A stretch of 53,394 bases of DNA from a virus (Duplodnaviria; Caudoviricetes): positions 1-53,394 of the IMG/VR virus record IMGVR_UViG_3300027757_000008. One strand, written 5' to 3'. A model generated the notes under the pieces. That model was not told where the DNA came from, did no database searches, and saw nothing but the letters and a program-made list of their open reading frames with translations. Position numbers and translations under genes: made by a program. Positions 29,317 to 38,153 of the stretch are shown here, piece after piece. Each line of letters opens with the position of its first letter. Within the stretch, counting starts at the first letter, position 1.

Positions 29317-31740
29317 TTATCGGAACAAATTGTCTAATTGGTTATCTTCTGGAGACTCCAATTCGCCACGCTCACCTTTGCGCTGAGATATTAATTTGCT
29401 CTGCTCTGCGGCCTGAATTGACACGCGAGTGTCCTTTCGCTCCTCCTGCATCTCGTGAAGTTCTTTCTTCATAGACGCTGAAATCTTTGCTGCCTCCTTG
29501 GTATTCATACCTTTAATTTGCTCAAGTTGGCTCTTGAGTTGGTATTCCAACTGAATCTTTTGCATTTCAAGTCGGACAAGTTCAGACTCGACCTGAAGTC
29601 GAGCCTGAGCCTTGACCTGTTCAATCTGGGCGTCGGCTTGTGCTTTTGCGGCAGATGCTGCGTTTTGTGCCTCCATTTGCGCTTGGATATTTTGCTGGGC
29701 TTCCTGCTGACGGCGTTTGATGCGTTTTGCACGGCGTACGACGAGAAGTCGCTCGGCTTGGTCAATATCCCGAAGTCTGCGAATAGCAATAGCGTCCTCC
29801 AAATCAATCTCTCCCTGAGCCATTGATGCTTGGATGTTCTGCTCCAAGTACAATCGGTCAGTATCGTCCATCTCAGTGTTTACTACAACGCCGAAGTTGT
29901 ACATCGGAAGTTTCTCGAACTCTTTAATGGTTCGCATAGACTCCTTACCGATAGCCTTTTCGTACGTCCTGTATAGCACAGATTCTTTTGGAAGAATCTG
30001 CACACACTTGATGATGTCTTCACACACGCGCTTGAACAATACAAGCGAAGAGTGCGTAATGTCGTAGATAGCATTGTTTGCGGCGGCCATTGCCTGCTCG
30101 CGAACACCAACCAACTGCTCTCCCTTTGGAGTTGAGCCGTCCATTACCTCATTGATTCCCGTTGCGTCGCGAATCATACGAAGGTAGTGGTTATACAGCG
30201 CAATCAGTTCGTTGATGTTTCTTATAGTATTATTAATCTCTCGGATAGGAGGATTCTGGAATCCGCCCTCTGGGTTCTTCGAGCGGTAGTACATAATACC
30301 AGTTTGCTCGTAGATATCCTGAAGGTCTAGAGGAGACAATTCTCCACCCTTTCCAAGGGATACGTTTGAAAGACCCTCAATGTCAATCATAATTCCATCA
30401 GGCTTCGCCTTAGCGATTGCCTGCTGAATCTTGAGGTGCGTAATCTGAAGTTGGTCAGCAAATCCAACGATGCTAGACACCATAGATTTAGGCATCATAC
30501 GGCGGAAGTTCGTAGCAACAATTGAGTAAGACAACGTTGTACGAGAAAGGTCGTGAATGTTGCGTGGCTGGTTGTGCTTTTTGCCGTACTTAAACAGCAT
30601 ATCTGTACCGGGAACGTATAGGCCACCATAGGTGCACATAACGTCCATATAGAAAGGCTTGCGGTCAAAAACAGACTGCGTAGGCATCTTGTACTCTTCG
30701 CCCTTGTAATAAAAGCCGACATTCCCGTACTGAGATGTTTTCTCCTCGTAAATCTGCTGGTCAAGGCCAATAAATTCAAAATCTAGCACCGTGATGCGGA
30801 ACTCGTCATATCCGTATGCGTTTTTACCCGTAGTTGGGTCGTACCACATAGCGTTTAGTTTGTTTGCGTCGTTTCCGAACTTACCCTGATACGTGCGGGC
30901 AATCTTGGTCCAGTCATCTTCTGTGATATCCTTAGCGACACGCTTGAGGTCTAAAATAGACATCTGGCGAACTTCCGCTGCGTATACCAAATCGCGCATA
31001 TTGGGGTCCTCTGAGTACGAGTGAACCAGGGTTGATGGGTCAACATAGCGCTCAACAATCCCGTGATTTGGGTCGTTTTCGCGCTTGATGGCCGCGACTC
31101 CACAAACTACCAAATCCTCAACGGCACGGCGGAACGTAGATTCGTTAAATGAGTTCCACTCTAGCGTGAGATTGGTGGCGATTTGGGCTGCGATTTCAGC
31201 AGCAATCTTGATGTTGGTGTCCAAGAAGATTTCAGCCTCCTCGGTTGTGTCTGGCATAGCATCAATATCTTCACTAAGCGAAACGCCCATTGCGCGCATC
31301 TCCTTAAGGAAGTCTTTATTCTCGATGACGGCCTTCACCTTTGCCTTGCGCATCTCCTTCTCCGTGCGCGAAACTGAGTCAACAGCCTCTACGTTTGGAT
31401 ATGGTTTGCGAGAAAGAATCTTGTTTACTACAATCTTAACAAACTTTGGAACAATGGGAACTGGTGACCAGTCAATGTTCAACAAAGTGCCATCATTTCC
31501 AGATGGGTCAAGGCTGCTTAGAATCTGCTTATAGATTCGAGTATCTTGAGTTCCTTGGGCATAGTCGCGGTTGCGCTCAAACTCACGCTGGCGCTTTTGA
31601 AAAAGGCCCTGATTATTCTCAAGGCCGCCCCACTGTGACAGAATCGCTTTAGCGTACTGCTTCCCGTAATCAGAACCCATCTTTATGATGGAGTTTGCTG
31701 AAGGGTCGGGGAATGCCCCTAAATTCTTTTCTTTTGACAT
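29317..31740 (-). CDS. Portal protein (crAss-like), 807 aa
   Basis: LNIDWSPVPIVPKFV.IVVN, FAD.LQITHLKIQQ, PDGI.ID..GL, IRDATGINE..DGS motifs; C-terminal coiled coil; directly follows the terminase. Confidence 0.88.
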   Translation of the reverse strand: MSKEKNLGAFPDPSANSIIKMGSDYGKQYAKAILSQWGGLENNQGLFQKRQREFERNRDYAQGTQDTRIYKQILSSLDPSGNDGTLLNIDWSPVPIVPKFVKIVVNKILSRKPYPNVEAVDSVSRTEKEMRKAKVKAVIENKDFLKEMRAMGVSLSEDIDAMPDTTEEAEIFLDTNIKIAAEIAAQIATNLTLEWNSFNESTFRRAVEDLVVCGVAAIKRENDPNHGIVERYVDPSTLVHSYSEDPNMRDLVYAAEVRQMSILDLKRVAKDITEDDWTKIARTYQGKFGNDANKLNAMWYDPTTGKNAYGYDEFRITVLDFEFIGLDQQIYEEKTSQYGNVGFYYKGEEYKMPTQSVFDRKPFYMDVMCTYGGLYVPGTDMLFKYGKKHNQPRNIHDLSRTTLSYSIVATNFRRMMPKSMVSSIVGFADQLQITHLKIQQAIAKAKPDGIMIDIEGLSNVSLGKGGELSPLDLQDIYEQTGIMYYRSKNPEGGFQNPPIREINNTIRNINELIALYNHYLRMIRDATGINEVMDGSTPKGEQLVGVREQAMAAANNAIYDITHSSLVLFKRVCEDIIKCVQILPKESVLYRTYEKAIGKESMRTIKEFEKLPMYNFGVVVNTEMDDTDRLYLEQNIQASMAQGEIDLEDAIAIRRLRDIDQAERLLVVRRAKRIKRRQQEAQQNIQAQMEAQNAASAAKAQADAQIEQVKAQARLQVESELVRLEMQKIQLEYQLKSQLEQIKGMNTKEAAKISASMKKELHEMQEERKDTRVSIQAAEQSKLISQRKGERGELESPEDNQLDNLFR

Positions 31741-31778
31741 AATGTGTTTCTAAAGCGTTTCGCGGAAGAACTCAACTG

Positions 31779-31786
31779 CAAAGATA
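31779..31786 (-). promoter_or_regulatory. Bacteroidota -7 element (TATCTTTG) upstream of portal
   Basis: CAAAGATA on + strand, intergenic. Confidence 0.6.
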
Positions 31787-31803
31787 CACAATTATATCTT
31801 TAA

Positions 31804-33927
31804 TCATAAAGAATCCCTAGTCCAGTATTTATGGCGCCTGAAAAATTCTTTTCCATCAAAATCAGCCATCTTTGGGGCCTCTGTTTTTACCTGCGCGGCA
31901 AGAAGGCACAGTCCGCTAGAGATGGACAAGTCATACTTGGTTCGGTTATTCACCTTGAAGCCAATCCAATCTTCGAGAGTCCTATTTAAATACATATTTC
32001 CATATGTTCCATCTTCTCGCTCTCCAACGTGCTTATGAATATATGCTTCAATGGCCTGGGCGTGTGCTTGAATAACTTCTTGAGAGTTTGATGGTATGCC
32101 CTTTGTTTTTGAGGCTCCTCCACCTCCGAGGTGTTTGGGTCGGTCAAGAAGATAATCAGAGTATCCGCGCTGCTCAAAGTAGCGCGCAATCCCGTATTTG
32201 TTGTTCTCTATAAGAACTGGGTATCCGTAGAACACTGCAGCCATCAATACGTCCTCGTAGAATATAGATGCCAGAGGTGGGCGCTCGGCGTATTCCGCTA
32301 CAAACATATTGGATACATCGTTCATATTGAACTTGTTATAAAAGTGACAGGCTCCTTTTGAGCCTCGTCCGTCGACAGTGGCGTCAAGGTCGTAGGAGTC
32401 ACACCCGCCGACACCCATATTGGCGTTTGCTGGACCCCATCCGCTGAGGCGACCTTTAACCTTTTGGTTTCGTTTGTCTTTCGGCTGCATCCACGATACG
32501 TACCACCGCCCCTCCGGGGAAGGCTCCCAAATGACCTCAGAGTCTTGAACTCCTCCGGCCCAGTGGAAGTTCCCGCGGATGACAGGGCTGGGGTACATCA
32601 TATCGTTATAGTTTACCTGCTCGTAAATCTTACCAAGGTCGAACAGGCTTCCCTCGACCGAGTCGCGGAACGCCTCGTCAAACGAGAAAGGAAACTGACG
32701 TATAACTTCGTTCAGTTCGTTTTTATCATTTTTCAGTGCACTGCGCTCATTGTCAAGGTATTGACGTGCACCTATTGTTACATAGTCGCCGTCGCTATTG
32801 AGCATAGGCTCTTCCGGTGTCTCCACAATTGGATTCCCGTATTTGTCAAAGAAACCCTCTAGGGCGTCATATGCCGGAACGAACATACGGTACAGCATAG
32901 AGCGAGTTCTCCCATTGGCGTTTCTCTCTCTTGGGTCGCTGTCCCTCCATAACTCTTTAAACTGCTGACCACCCTTGTCCATAGGGTTTACGGTTGAACC
33001 GACCATAGCGGTTCCAACAATCTTGCTACCAACAATCAAACAGGTTCTGTTGATGCGCCAGGCTTCTCGGATGTCCGTTGGCCTCTCCCATTTGCCTGCC
33101 TCGTCGAGGAACAGCATATATAGGCGCTCGCCGTCATATGCGTTGTTTACGGTGTTTTTCCAGTTGATGACCGTGTTGAGGGCCTCTCCTTGCTGGGCGG
33201 CTTTATTTGTTTTAGTGATTCTCTTCGATGGTTCACGAAAGGCCAACTCCATACGTGGGTTCGTTGTTCCATCTTGAATTGGTTTAAAGAAGAACGGGTA
33301 CGACTTGTACATACGTACAATTTTCTTCATAAATACGTTCTCCTGAGCGTCGGCACCGGTCTTGGACATAATGCCAAGCAACTTGTCTTTTGCTTTTGTG
33401 CCCTCGCTTAGAATCATAGACGACGCCATATTGGTGTACCCTGAGCGTCGACACTTTACAAACAACTGCCCAACGCAACGCGTATCCACCTTACACGCCT
33501 CAGCGTGTATGAATAGTTTACGTTGAAACTGCAGATACTGGCCGTAGAATGAGCCATCAATCTTGCTCCACTGGAGCATCATATAGTGGTTACCAGTAAT
33601 GTATGTTGGAACACCATTATTGTAAAACCACAGTCCTTCAATGCGTCGACGGAACTCTTCCTTAATGTAGGGGAGGAATCGCGTTTGTATTTCCTTTGGC
33701 TGCTCCATCCAGGAGTCCATCGTCTTTGTCTTTTCGATGGCGTCTGGTGGTGTCTGTCGGGACCAGAATTGTTCTTCTACTGGCTTGTCGTGAAAAAGTA
33801 TCTTGCTTTGAGCAGGTTGCTCTGGAAGTTGTATAAGAAGGCCGTCAATATCTATAACCTCTCCAGCCGTCCCATTGGGGCAGATATTTACAACGTCTAT
33901 TCCGTCAACTTTTACGACGCCTGCCAT
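31804..33927 (-). CDS. terL: Terminase large subunit, 707 aa
   Basis: Walker A-like KCRRSGYT, Walker B LFLDEAGKW, GST coupling motif, RQFP, nuclease GCDSYD, IENNK, KYDLSISSGL. Confidence 0.9.
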   Translation of the reverse strand: MAGVVKVDGIDVVNICPNGTAGEVIDIDGLLIQLPEQPAQSKILFHDKPVEEQFWSRQTPPDAIEKTKTMDSWMEQPKEIQTRFLPYIKEEFRRRIEGLWFYNNGVPTYITGNHYMMLQWSKIDGSFYGQYLQFQRKLFIHAEACKVDTRCVGQLFVKCRRSGYTNMASSMILSEGTKAKDKLLGIMSKTGADAQENVFMKKIVRMYKSYPFFFKPIQDGTTNPRMELAFREPSKRITKTNKAAQQGEALNTVINWKNTVNNAYDGERLYMLFLDEAGKWERPTDIREAWRINRTCLIVGSKIVGTAMVGSTVNPMDKGGQQFKELWRDSDPRERNANGRTRSMLYRMFVPAYDALEGFFDKYGNPIVETPEEPMLNSDGDYVTIGARQYLDNERSALKNDKNELNEVIRQFPFSFDEAFRDSVEGSLFDLGKIYEQVNYNDMMYPSPVIRGNFHWAGGVQDSEVIWEPSPEGRWYVSWMQPKDKRNQKVKGRLSGWGPANANMGVGGCDSYDLDATVDGRGSKGACHFYNKFNMNDVSNMFVAEYAERPPLASIFYEDVLMAAVFYGYPVLIENNKYGIARYFEQRGYSDYLLDRPKHLGGGGASKTKGIPSNSQEVIQAHAQAIEAYIHKHVGEREDGTYGNMYLNRTLEDWIGFKVNNRTKYDLSISSGLCLLAAQVKTEAPKMADFDGKEFFRRHKYWTRDSL

Positions 33928-34220
33928 TACTTACTAAATTGCTCTGCAAATCCAGCACTGAAGTCCTGGTCTTCGCTCATATCGCCGCCTTCATCTAATT
34001 CCCGCAACATACTTTCGACTTCCATACGCATACGAAACATCTCCTTTGTGTCGGATGCCGTCTGTTTAATGGACTGCAACTCAGCCTTTCGGCCCGAGCC
34101 GGTCAGTTCTGGGTCAACAGGTTTCTGAATCTCTTCAACCATATTGCGTATGGCCCCCTCCATTGCGTACAGGAAGTTGCGCATTTCCTCTTTTGTATCG
34201 AATCCTTTCTTGCGTCCCAT
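33927..34220 (-). CDS. Small helical protein, candidate terminase small subunit, 97 aa
   Basis: Immediately upstream of terL with overlapping stop/start; C-terminal GFAE motif. Confidence 0.45.
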   Translation of the reverse strand: MGRKKGFDTKEEMRNFLYAMEGAIRNMVEEIQKPVDPELTGSGRKAELQSIKQTASDTKEMFRMRMEVESMLRELDEGGDMSEDQDFSAGFAEQFSK

Positions 34221-34861
34221 TACTTAGCCTTTTTTACGGCGTTTGGATGCTTGTCAAAGTAGTCAAAATGGTCTACTTTTTCCTCAGCCTTGTAAATAAT
34301 GTCGTCTGGCTTCATTCGGTACACCTTATCCCCGTTGGGGAGTTTGATGAGGTAGTCAGAATTTTTAGAATAACCCACTAAATCGCCCTTTTTTAGGTCG
34401 AGTTCTTCAGTCCCCAGCCCTTCGCAGTATACTCGCGCCTCTTGCTTGTCCTCTTCGGACTTGTGTCCAAGAAAAAGGCCCGATTTTGAGCCATATTCCT
34501 CTTGTTTTTGGCTCACGGCCTCCAGGAACACCCAGTTTCCAAGCATTTTCACCTCTCCAGACGGAGAAATAGCAGCATAACTCTGACCCTGGTAGTTTGT
34601 TGGGTCATATGAGACTCGCGCCACGCCCCCACCAATAAAATACTTGTCTGGTTCTTGGTTGATATGGTGGTGAAACACCAACAAATCGCCGATTTCGGCG
34701 GCGGTTCCAAATTTCTCAGGTACAGCCACAATTTCAGCATACGAAATTCGGCCTTCAAAGTCATCGAAACGCATATCTTTGGCGAGCGTTAGCGAGCCAA
34801 CTTTAAATTCGTCCTCGAAGTTCTTCTCTACCTTAATGTGGAAGTCGTACAAGGGGCGCAT
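34220..34861 (-). CDS. Co-chaperonin GroES-like protein with two tandem domains, 213 aa
   Basis: Domain 1 RPL.D..I.V...G.L.L...AEIVAV...IGD.LVF; domain 2 LGNWVFLE...SKSGLFL...KGDLV.Y......NG..VY.M..DDI. Confidence 0.7.
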   Translation of the reverse strand: MRPLYDFHIKVEKNFEDEFKVGSLTLAKDMRFDDFEGRISYAEIVAVPEKFGTAAEIGDLLVFHHHINQEPDKYFIGGGVARVSYDPTNYQGQSYAAISPSGEVKMLGNWVFLEAVSQKQEEYGSKSGLFLGHKSEEDKQEARVYCEGLGTEELDLKKGDLVGYSKNSDYLIKLPNGDKVYRMKPDDIIYKAEEKVDHFDYFDKHPNAVKKAK

Positions 34862-34862
34862 A

Positions 34863-35108
34863 TCAGAAGTTTATGTCAAACTCAATCATAGTAGGACAAC
34901 CGGACACTTGCTTCCACAGTACAATACCACCGTCGGGTGCTTGCACGTATACAAGGTAGCGCTCTAGCCCGTAAAGGGACAGTGCTCGCTCATCTAGTTG
35001 GATGTCTACAATTTCGTTTTCACCAACGGTGTTTCCAATCTTGTATGCTAGACCGTTTTTGGGGTCCGCCCCAACCACAATCTTTCTAATAATGTTACTA
35101 TTGTTCAT
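34863..35108 (-). CDS. Conserved hypothetical protein (MNNSNIIRKIVVG...)
   Basis: IIRKI..G......Y.IG...WK....P...EFDINF pattern; internal ATG preferred over 35147. Confidence 0.55.
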   Translation of the reverse strand: MNNSNIIRKIVVGADPKNGLAYKIGNTVGENEIVDIQLDERALSLYGLERYLVYVQAPDGGIVLWKQVSGCPTMIEFDINF

Positions 35109-35430
35109 CGTCTTCAGTTGAAATACCAAACTCGCCAAGGAGACCATCTAAAGAGTCGGCTCTTTCTGAGCGTCGTATCGTTTGTCGGTAGGTGTCGATA
35201 CCAACTTGAAGCAGTCGGTCCAGTTCCTCCTCGTTTTCGATGAAGAAGTCCGTCATAGCCTTAAAGTTGTAGTTGCCCTCGTCCGTCTCGCTCTCGATAT
35301 AGATGCCAGCAATAGAGATGTAGGCGAAGTCGTTTCCAAATCCGTAGTGGTAAGCGATATCCTGAATCTCTTGTAGTTTCTCCCGAATCTCCATAAAGAA
35401 CTCGAGATGCTCCCCGGCGTTGTTGTCCAT
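35098..35430 (-). CDS. Acidic hypothetical protein, 110 aa
   Basis: First gene of the late operon, downstream of the promoter at 35453-35460. Confidence 0.55.
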   Translation of the reverse strand: MDNNAGEHLEFFMEIREKLQEIQDIAYHYGFGNDFAYISIAGIYIESETDEGNYNFKAMTDFFIENEEELDRLLQVGIDTYRQTIRRSERADSLDGLLGEFGISTEDDEQ

Positions 35431-35452
35431 AGGTATTTAATTATATTATATG

Positions 35453-35480
35453 CAAATATACGTATTATATACTAATTTTG
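35453..35480. promoter_or_regulatory. Overlapping divergent Bacteroidota promoters
   Basis: Minus-strand TATATTTG (35453-35460) and plus-strand TAATTTTG (35473-35480). Confidence 0.65.
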
Positions 35481-35503
35481 CAATTGTATCTAAATCGAAT
35501 ATA

Positions 35504-35953
35504 ATGAATAAAGAGAAACTGCAACAGCGAAAGCAGTTCAGGGACATCATCTATAAGGCGGACCCACCGCCTGCTGACTACCTGTGGAATTTTTCAGTTG
35601 TCATAGACTATTGTATGAAGCGCTATGACCTGCGCGAATCCCAAATCAAACTTATGCTGTTTGTCTACTCTATGGAGTCCTTCCTGTTTAAGCCTATGGC
35701 GCAGAAGATGAACCGCAGCCCGATTAAACTCTGGGAGAAGGTAGCCCGAGACCTAGTAGACAGAGACTTCATAAAAGAAGAACTGTACTCAAAGGGGTAC
35801 AAGAAGGAGTTCTATGAAACCTACGAGCCACACACCACCACCCCCGGAGTGATGTCCAGACGATGGGCACTCTCCACAAAAGGAAGGCAGTTTGTTAGTA
35901 AGTTTTATCAGTACCTAGAGGGCTCAAGGGCAATGAACCCTGACGTGCTATAG
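35504..35953 (+). CDS. Winged-helix (MarR-like) DNA-binding protein
   Basis: YDL.ESQIKLMLF.Y...L...DFI...WALSTKGRQFV winged-helix pattern; ATG 35504 follows the plus-strand promoter. Confidence 0.6.
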   Translation: MNKEKLQQRKQFRDIIYKADPPPADYLWNFSVVIDYCMKRYDLRESQIKLMLFVYSMESFLFKPMAQKMNRSPIKLWEKVARDLVDRDFIKEELYSKGYKKEFYETYEPHTTTPGVMSRRWALSTKGRQFVSKFYQYLEGSRAMNPDVL

Positions 35954-36206
35954 CCCCGCCGCGAACTGGGAACGCTAATCAATACTGCGTATGTGATTAA
36001 CACCACAACAACAACTGCAACATCTGTTCAAAACCATTACCGTTTTGTTTATTACTTTTGTCGTAACTTCGCAAAGTGGCAACGGAGTAACAACATAAAG
36101 AAGTCAACAGCGTCTTCAGTCACTCCCCCTTCTGAGTGAGTGTCACCCACGACACGACCACTCGCCACACAGTCAAAATCACCCCATACTATACCCCGTT
36201 CACAAC

Positions 36207-36228
36207 AGGCCCCGAGAGGGGCCTTTTT
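36207..36228 (+). terminator. Intrinsic terminator
   Basis: AGGCCCC-GAGA-GGGGCCT followed by TTTT. Confidence 0.75.
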
Positions 36229-36229
36229 C

Positions 36230-36925
36230 GTGTTCCTAAAACTCCCGATATACACCATTAAATAGGAAATCTAAGTCTCAACCCCACCGGGCCCAATTGC
36301 CTCCAGGAAACCCAAAAAAAAGTACCAAAAAAGGGGGATATAAACGTAAATCCTGTAGAGTTATACGTGCCTGCGGGATTCTACAGCGGCGCCAACGTTC
36401 ACGCGCGCAACCCGAAACGGATTTCCAAACCCCACCCCCTGACCCCCAGGCGTTTGCCCAAAATAGTTTGGCGATTTTCATTTGATGTTTAAACACGAAC
36501 TACCCCCCCGGTCGATTCAATCGGTACCCTACCCCCCTTCCGAAACGATTGTCTGCCTTCCCCCTAAAGTTTTGAAATGAGTGCAGTCATTCACACATAC
36601 GGAACTATCCCCCACGCCATCTATCCTCCCCTGTCCTGTGTCCTGTATCCTCCCCCTGTCTACCTGATTGGGGTAAGTCCGCCCCCGGTGCAGTGGTGAT
36701 ATATGTACCCATTTGCGGCCGTGTGTGCATAACCCGGGCCTAACTTCTGCCCCTGGATGCTCTCCAGGAACGCTCTCCAGTTCTCCAGGAACGCAGTTTG
36801 CCCCCGATTTGGGTGGTGCTGACCTGGAGCGGGTGAAATTTCTGAAAATTTTTTTCCTTCGGAAACCCTTTGGTGGCGCGGGTTTGGTGGGGGCGGCGAA
36901 AAAAAAGTGAAAAAAGTTTGGGGGA
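36230..36925. other. Non-coding, homopolymer- and repeat-rich region; candidate genome end/packaging or origin region
   Basis: No credible ORF; C-runs then G/A-runs; direct repeats TCTCCAGGAACGC x2 and TATCCTCCCC.TGTC x2; lies between the late arm and the early promoter. Confidence 0.45.
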
Positions 36926-36928
36926 AAG

Positions 36929-36959
36929 TTTGGTGGGTAAGAAATCCTGACTACATTTG
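36929..36959 (+). promoter_or_regulatory. Strong early host-RNAP promoter (-33 TTTG, 19-nt spacer, -7 TACATTTG) with upstream A-tracts
   Basis: Exact match to the Bacteroidota sigma-A consensus. Confidence 0.85.
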
Positions 36960-36961
36960 TA

Positions 36962-37535
36962 TCAGAGTCAAGGACGACGCCGGCGAGACCGGGACATAAG
37001 AAGGCCGACTGACTCCTCCCCGAGGCCGCAAGGCTGACGCCGCAAGGTGCCGGAGAGACCCGACGAGAGAGCGGGTGAGCGGGGGGCCGACCACAGCCCC
37101 ATACCGCCAAGCCATAAGCCCGATGTAGCAGTCAAATGGTTCCTCTCTCCATCGTCTTACACATAAAGGTGCGCGACGACTGACCCCGAGCGCGGCGGTG
37201 ATTGAGTCCTTCATCACCGACCGCGGCGTTCTGCCGCTCGGACAATCAGTCAACGCCGTTGATAGTAAGCCGGGGGGAGCGCCTTGGCGCATTGGAACCA
37301 AGTTCATATCCCCGGACGAACAGGGAAACGCCCGGTGATAGACGATGCTTTAGGGGCGACGAAAATCCCTCTGCGACCTTCTCATAACCAAGGATATGAT
37401 GAACACGATATTAGGACAGGCCTAACGCAGACCACATATAGTACTCACATTCCCCTACTGACCTCCTCTTCCAAAGGTGGCGCTCCGACTCTCACTACGA
37501 GATGGACGGACATCGGTTCGCGACCGGCGTCACCA
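36962..37535 (+). ncRNA. Large structured leader/ncRNA (~570 nt), family not recognised
   Basis: GC-rich; starts at the early promoter; many nested helices with GCAA/GAGA loops; long-range CATCGTCT/AGACGATG pairing; 3' tRNA-like domain. Confidence 0.7.
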
Positions 37536-37573
37536 CTACTTAAATTCACTCACTCACTAACCCCCCCCGAGTT

Positions 37574-37780
37574 ATGCGTTTCATTCCCGCTAAAGAATCT
37601 GATTTGTTCAAGTTGTCTTGCACTACCCGCAAATCTTCAAGCCGTACCACATCCGGCGCCAAGTACATTGCTAACGACCGCGGCCTTGTATCCAAGGCTA
37701 AAATTCAGTTTGTTAAAGATGCGATTGAAACTGAAGAGAATATCTTCGTGAATTCACGCCTTGTTTATGTCTGTAAATAA
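37574..37780 (+). CDS. Early hypothetical protein, 68 aa
   Basis: First ORF after the leader RNA. Confidence 0.55.
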   Translation: MRFIPAKESDLFKLSCTTRKSSSRTTSGAKYIANDRGLVSKAKIQFVKDAIETEENIFVNSRLVYVCK

Positions 37781-37787
37781 TCTACCT

Positions 37788-37859
37788 ATGAAAAAAGACC
37801 AATTGCTTGTTCTTGCGATTATCGCTATTGTTTCTCTCGTTGTATCGGCTTGTGCCTAA
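37788..37859 (+). CDS. 23-aa lipoprotein-signal-like peptide (MKKDQLLVLAIIAIVSLVVSACA)
   Basis: Read manually; basic n-region, hydrophobic h-region, lipobox VSAC; fills the intergenic gap. Confidence 0.5.
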   Translation: MKKDQLLVLAIIAIVSLVVSACA

Positions 37860-37871
37860 ACCCCCTGTGAT

Positions 37872-38066
37872 ATGAAAACATTCTATGTTTATTCCGTTGA
37901 CGCCAAAGGTGACATCGTTTCCGTCAAATACGGAATCAAAGCGAAATCTCGTCTTGATGCTATTGAGCAATCAAATGTAGAGAAAGTATATTGGGAAGGT
38001 GCCCGCCCATACGGCGTATCGTACATCGGAAGCAAGTTTAAGATGTACGCAAAACTGCAAGGTTAA
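37872..38066 (+). CDS. Early hypothetical protein, 64 aa
   Basis: Its stop codon forms part of stem I of hammerhead 1. Confidence 0.6.
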   Translation: MKTFYVYSVDAKGDIVSVKYGIKAKSRLDAIEQSNVEKVYWEGARPYGVSYIGSKFKMYAKLQG

Positions 38067-38111
38067 CTGATGATGGGTTTAGTACCCGAAACGCCGTGAG
38101 GCGTCTTAACC
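38061..38111 (+). ncRNA. Type I hammerhead ribozyme, copy 1 (predicted cleavage after C38105)
   Basis: GGTTAA-CTGATGA-T-GGGT(TTAGT)ACCC-GAAA-CGCC(GTGA)GGCG-TC-TTAACC. Confidence 0.85.
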
Positions 38112-38153
38112 AATATGAACCGATGCTTCCGCATCACAATACCCCCCTTTGCT

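Noticed and set aside
35450-35953. Lysogeny module (repressor/integrase)
   Set aside because: Only a winged-helix ORF; no integrase, att site or host genes in the window
36962-37535. tmRNA, RNase P RNA or group I/II intron identity for the leader RNA
   Set aside because: The 3' CACCA stem pairs locally (37476) rather than with the 5' end; I could not find a tag ORF, the RNase P P4 signature or intron core motifs, and no gene is interrupted
36529-37751. ORFs 36529-37110, 36951-37307 and 37284-37751 in the central GC-rich region
   Set aside because: Pro/Arg/Gly-rich translations typical of GC-rich non-coding DNA; they cross the promoter and the structured RNA
38115-38153. ATG 38115 as start of the hammerhead-enclosed gene
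   Set aside because: This stretch is a hairpin repeated in a non-coding leader at 39751; ATG 38154 matches the shared GCTATG context (not proven)
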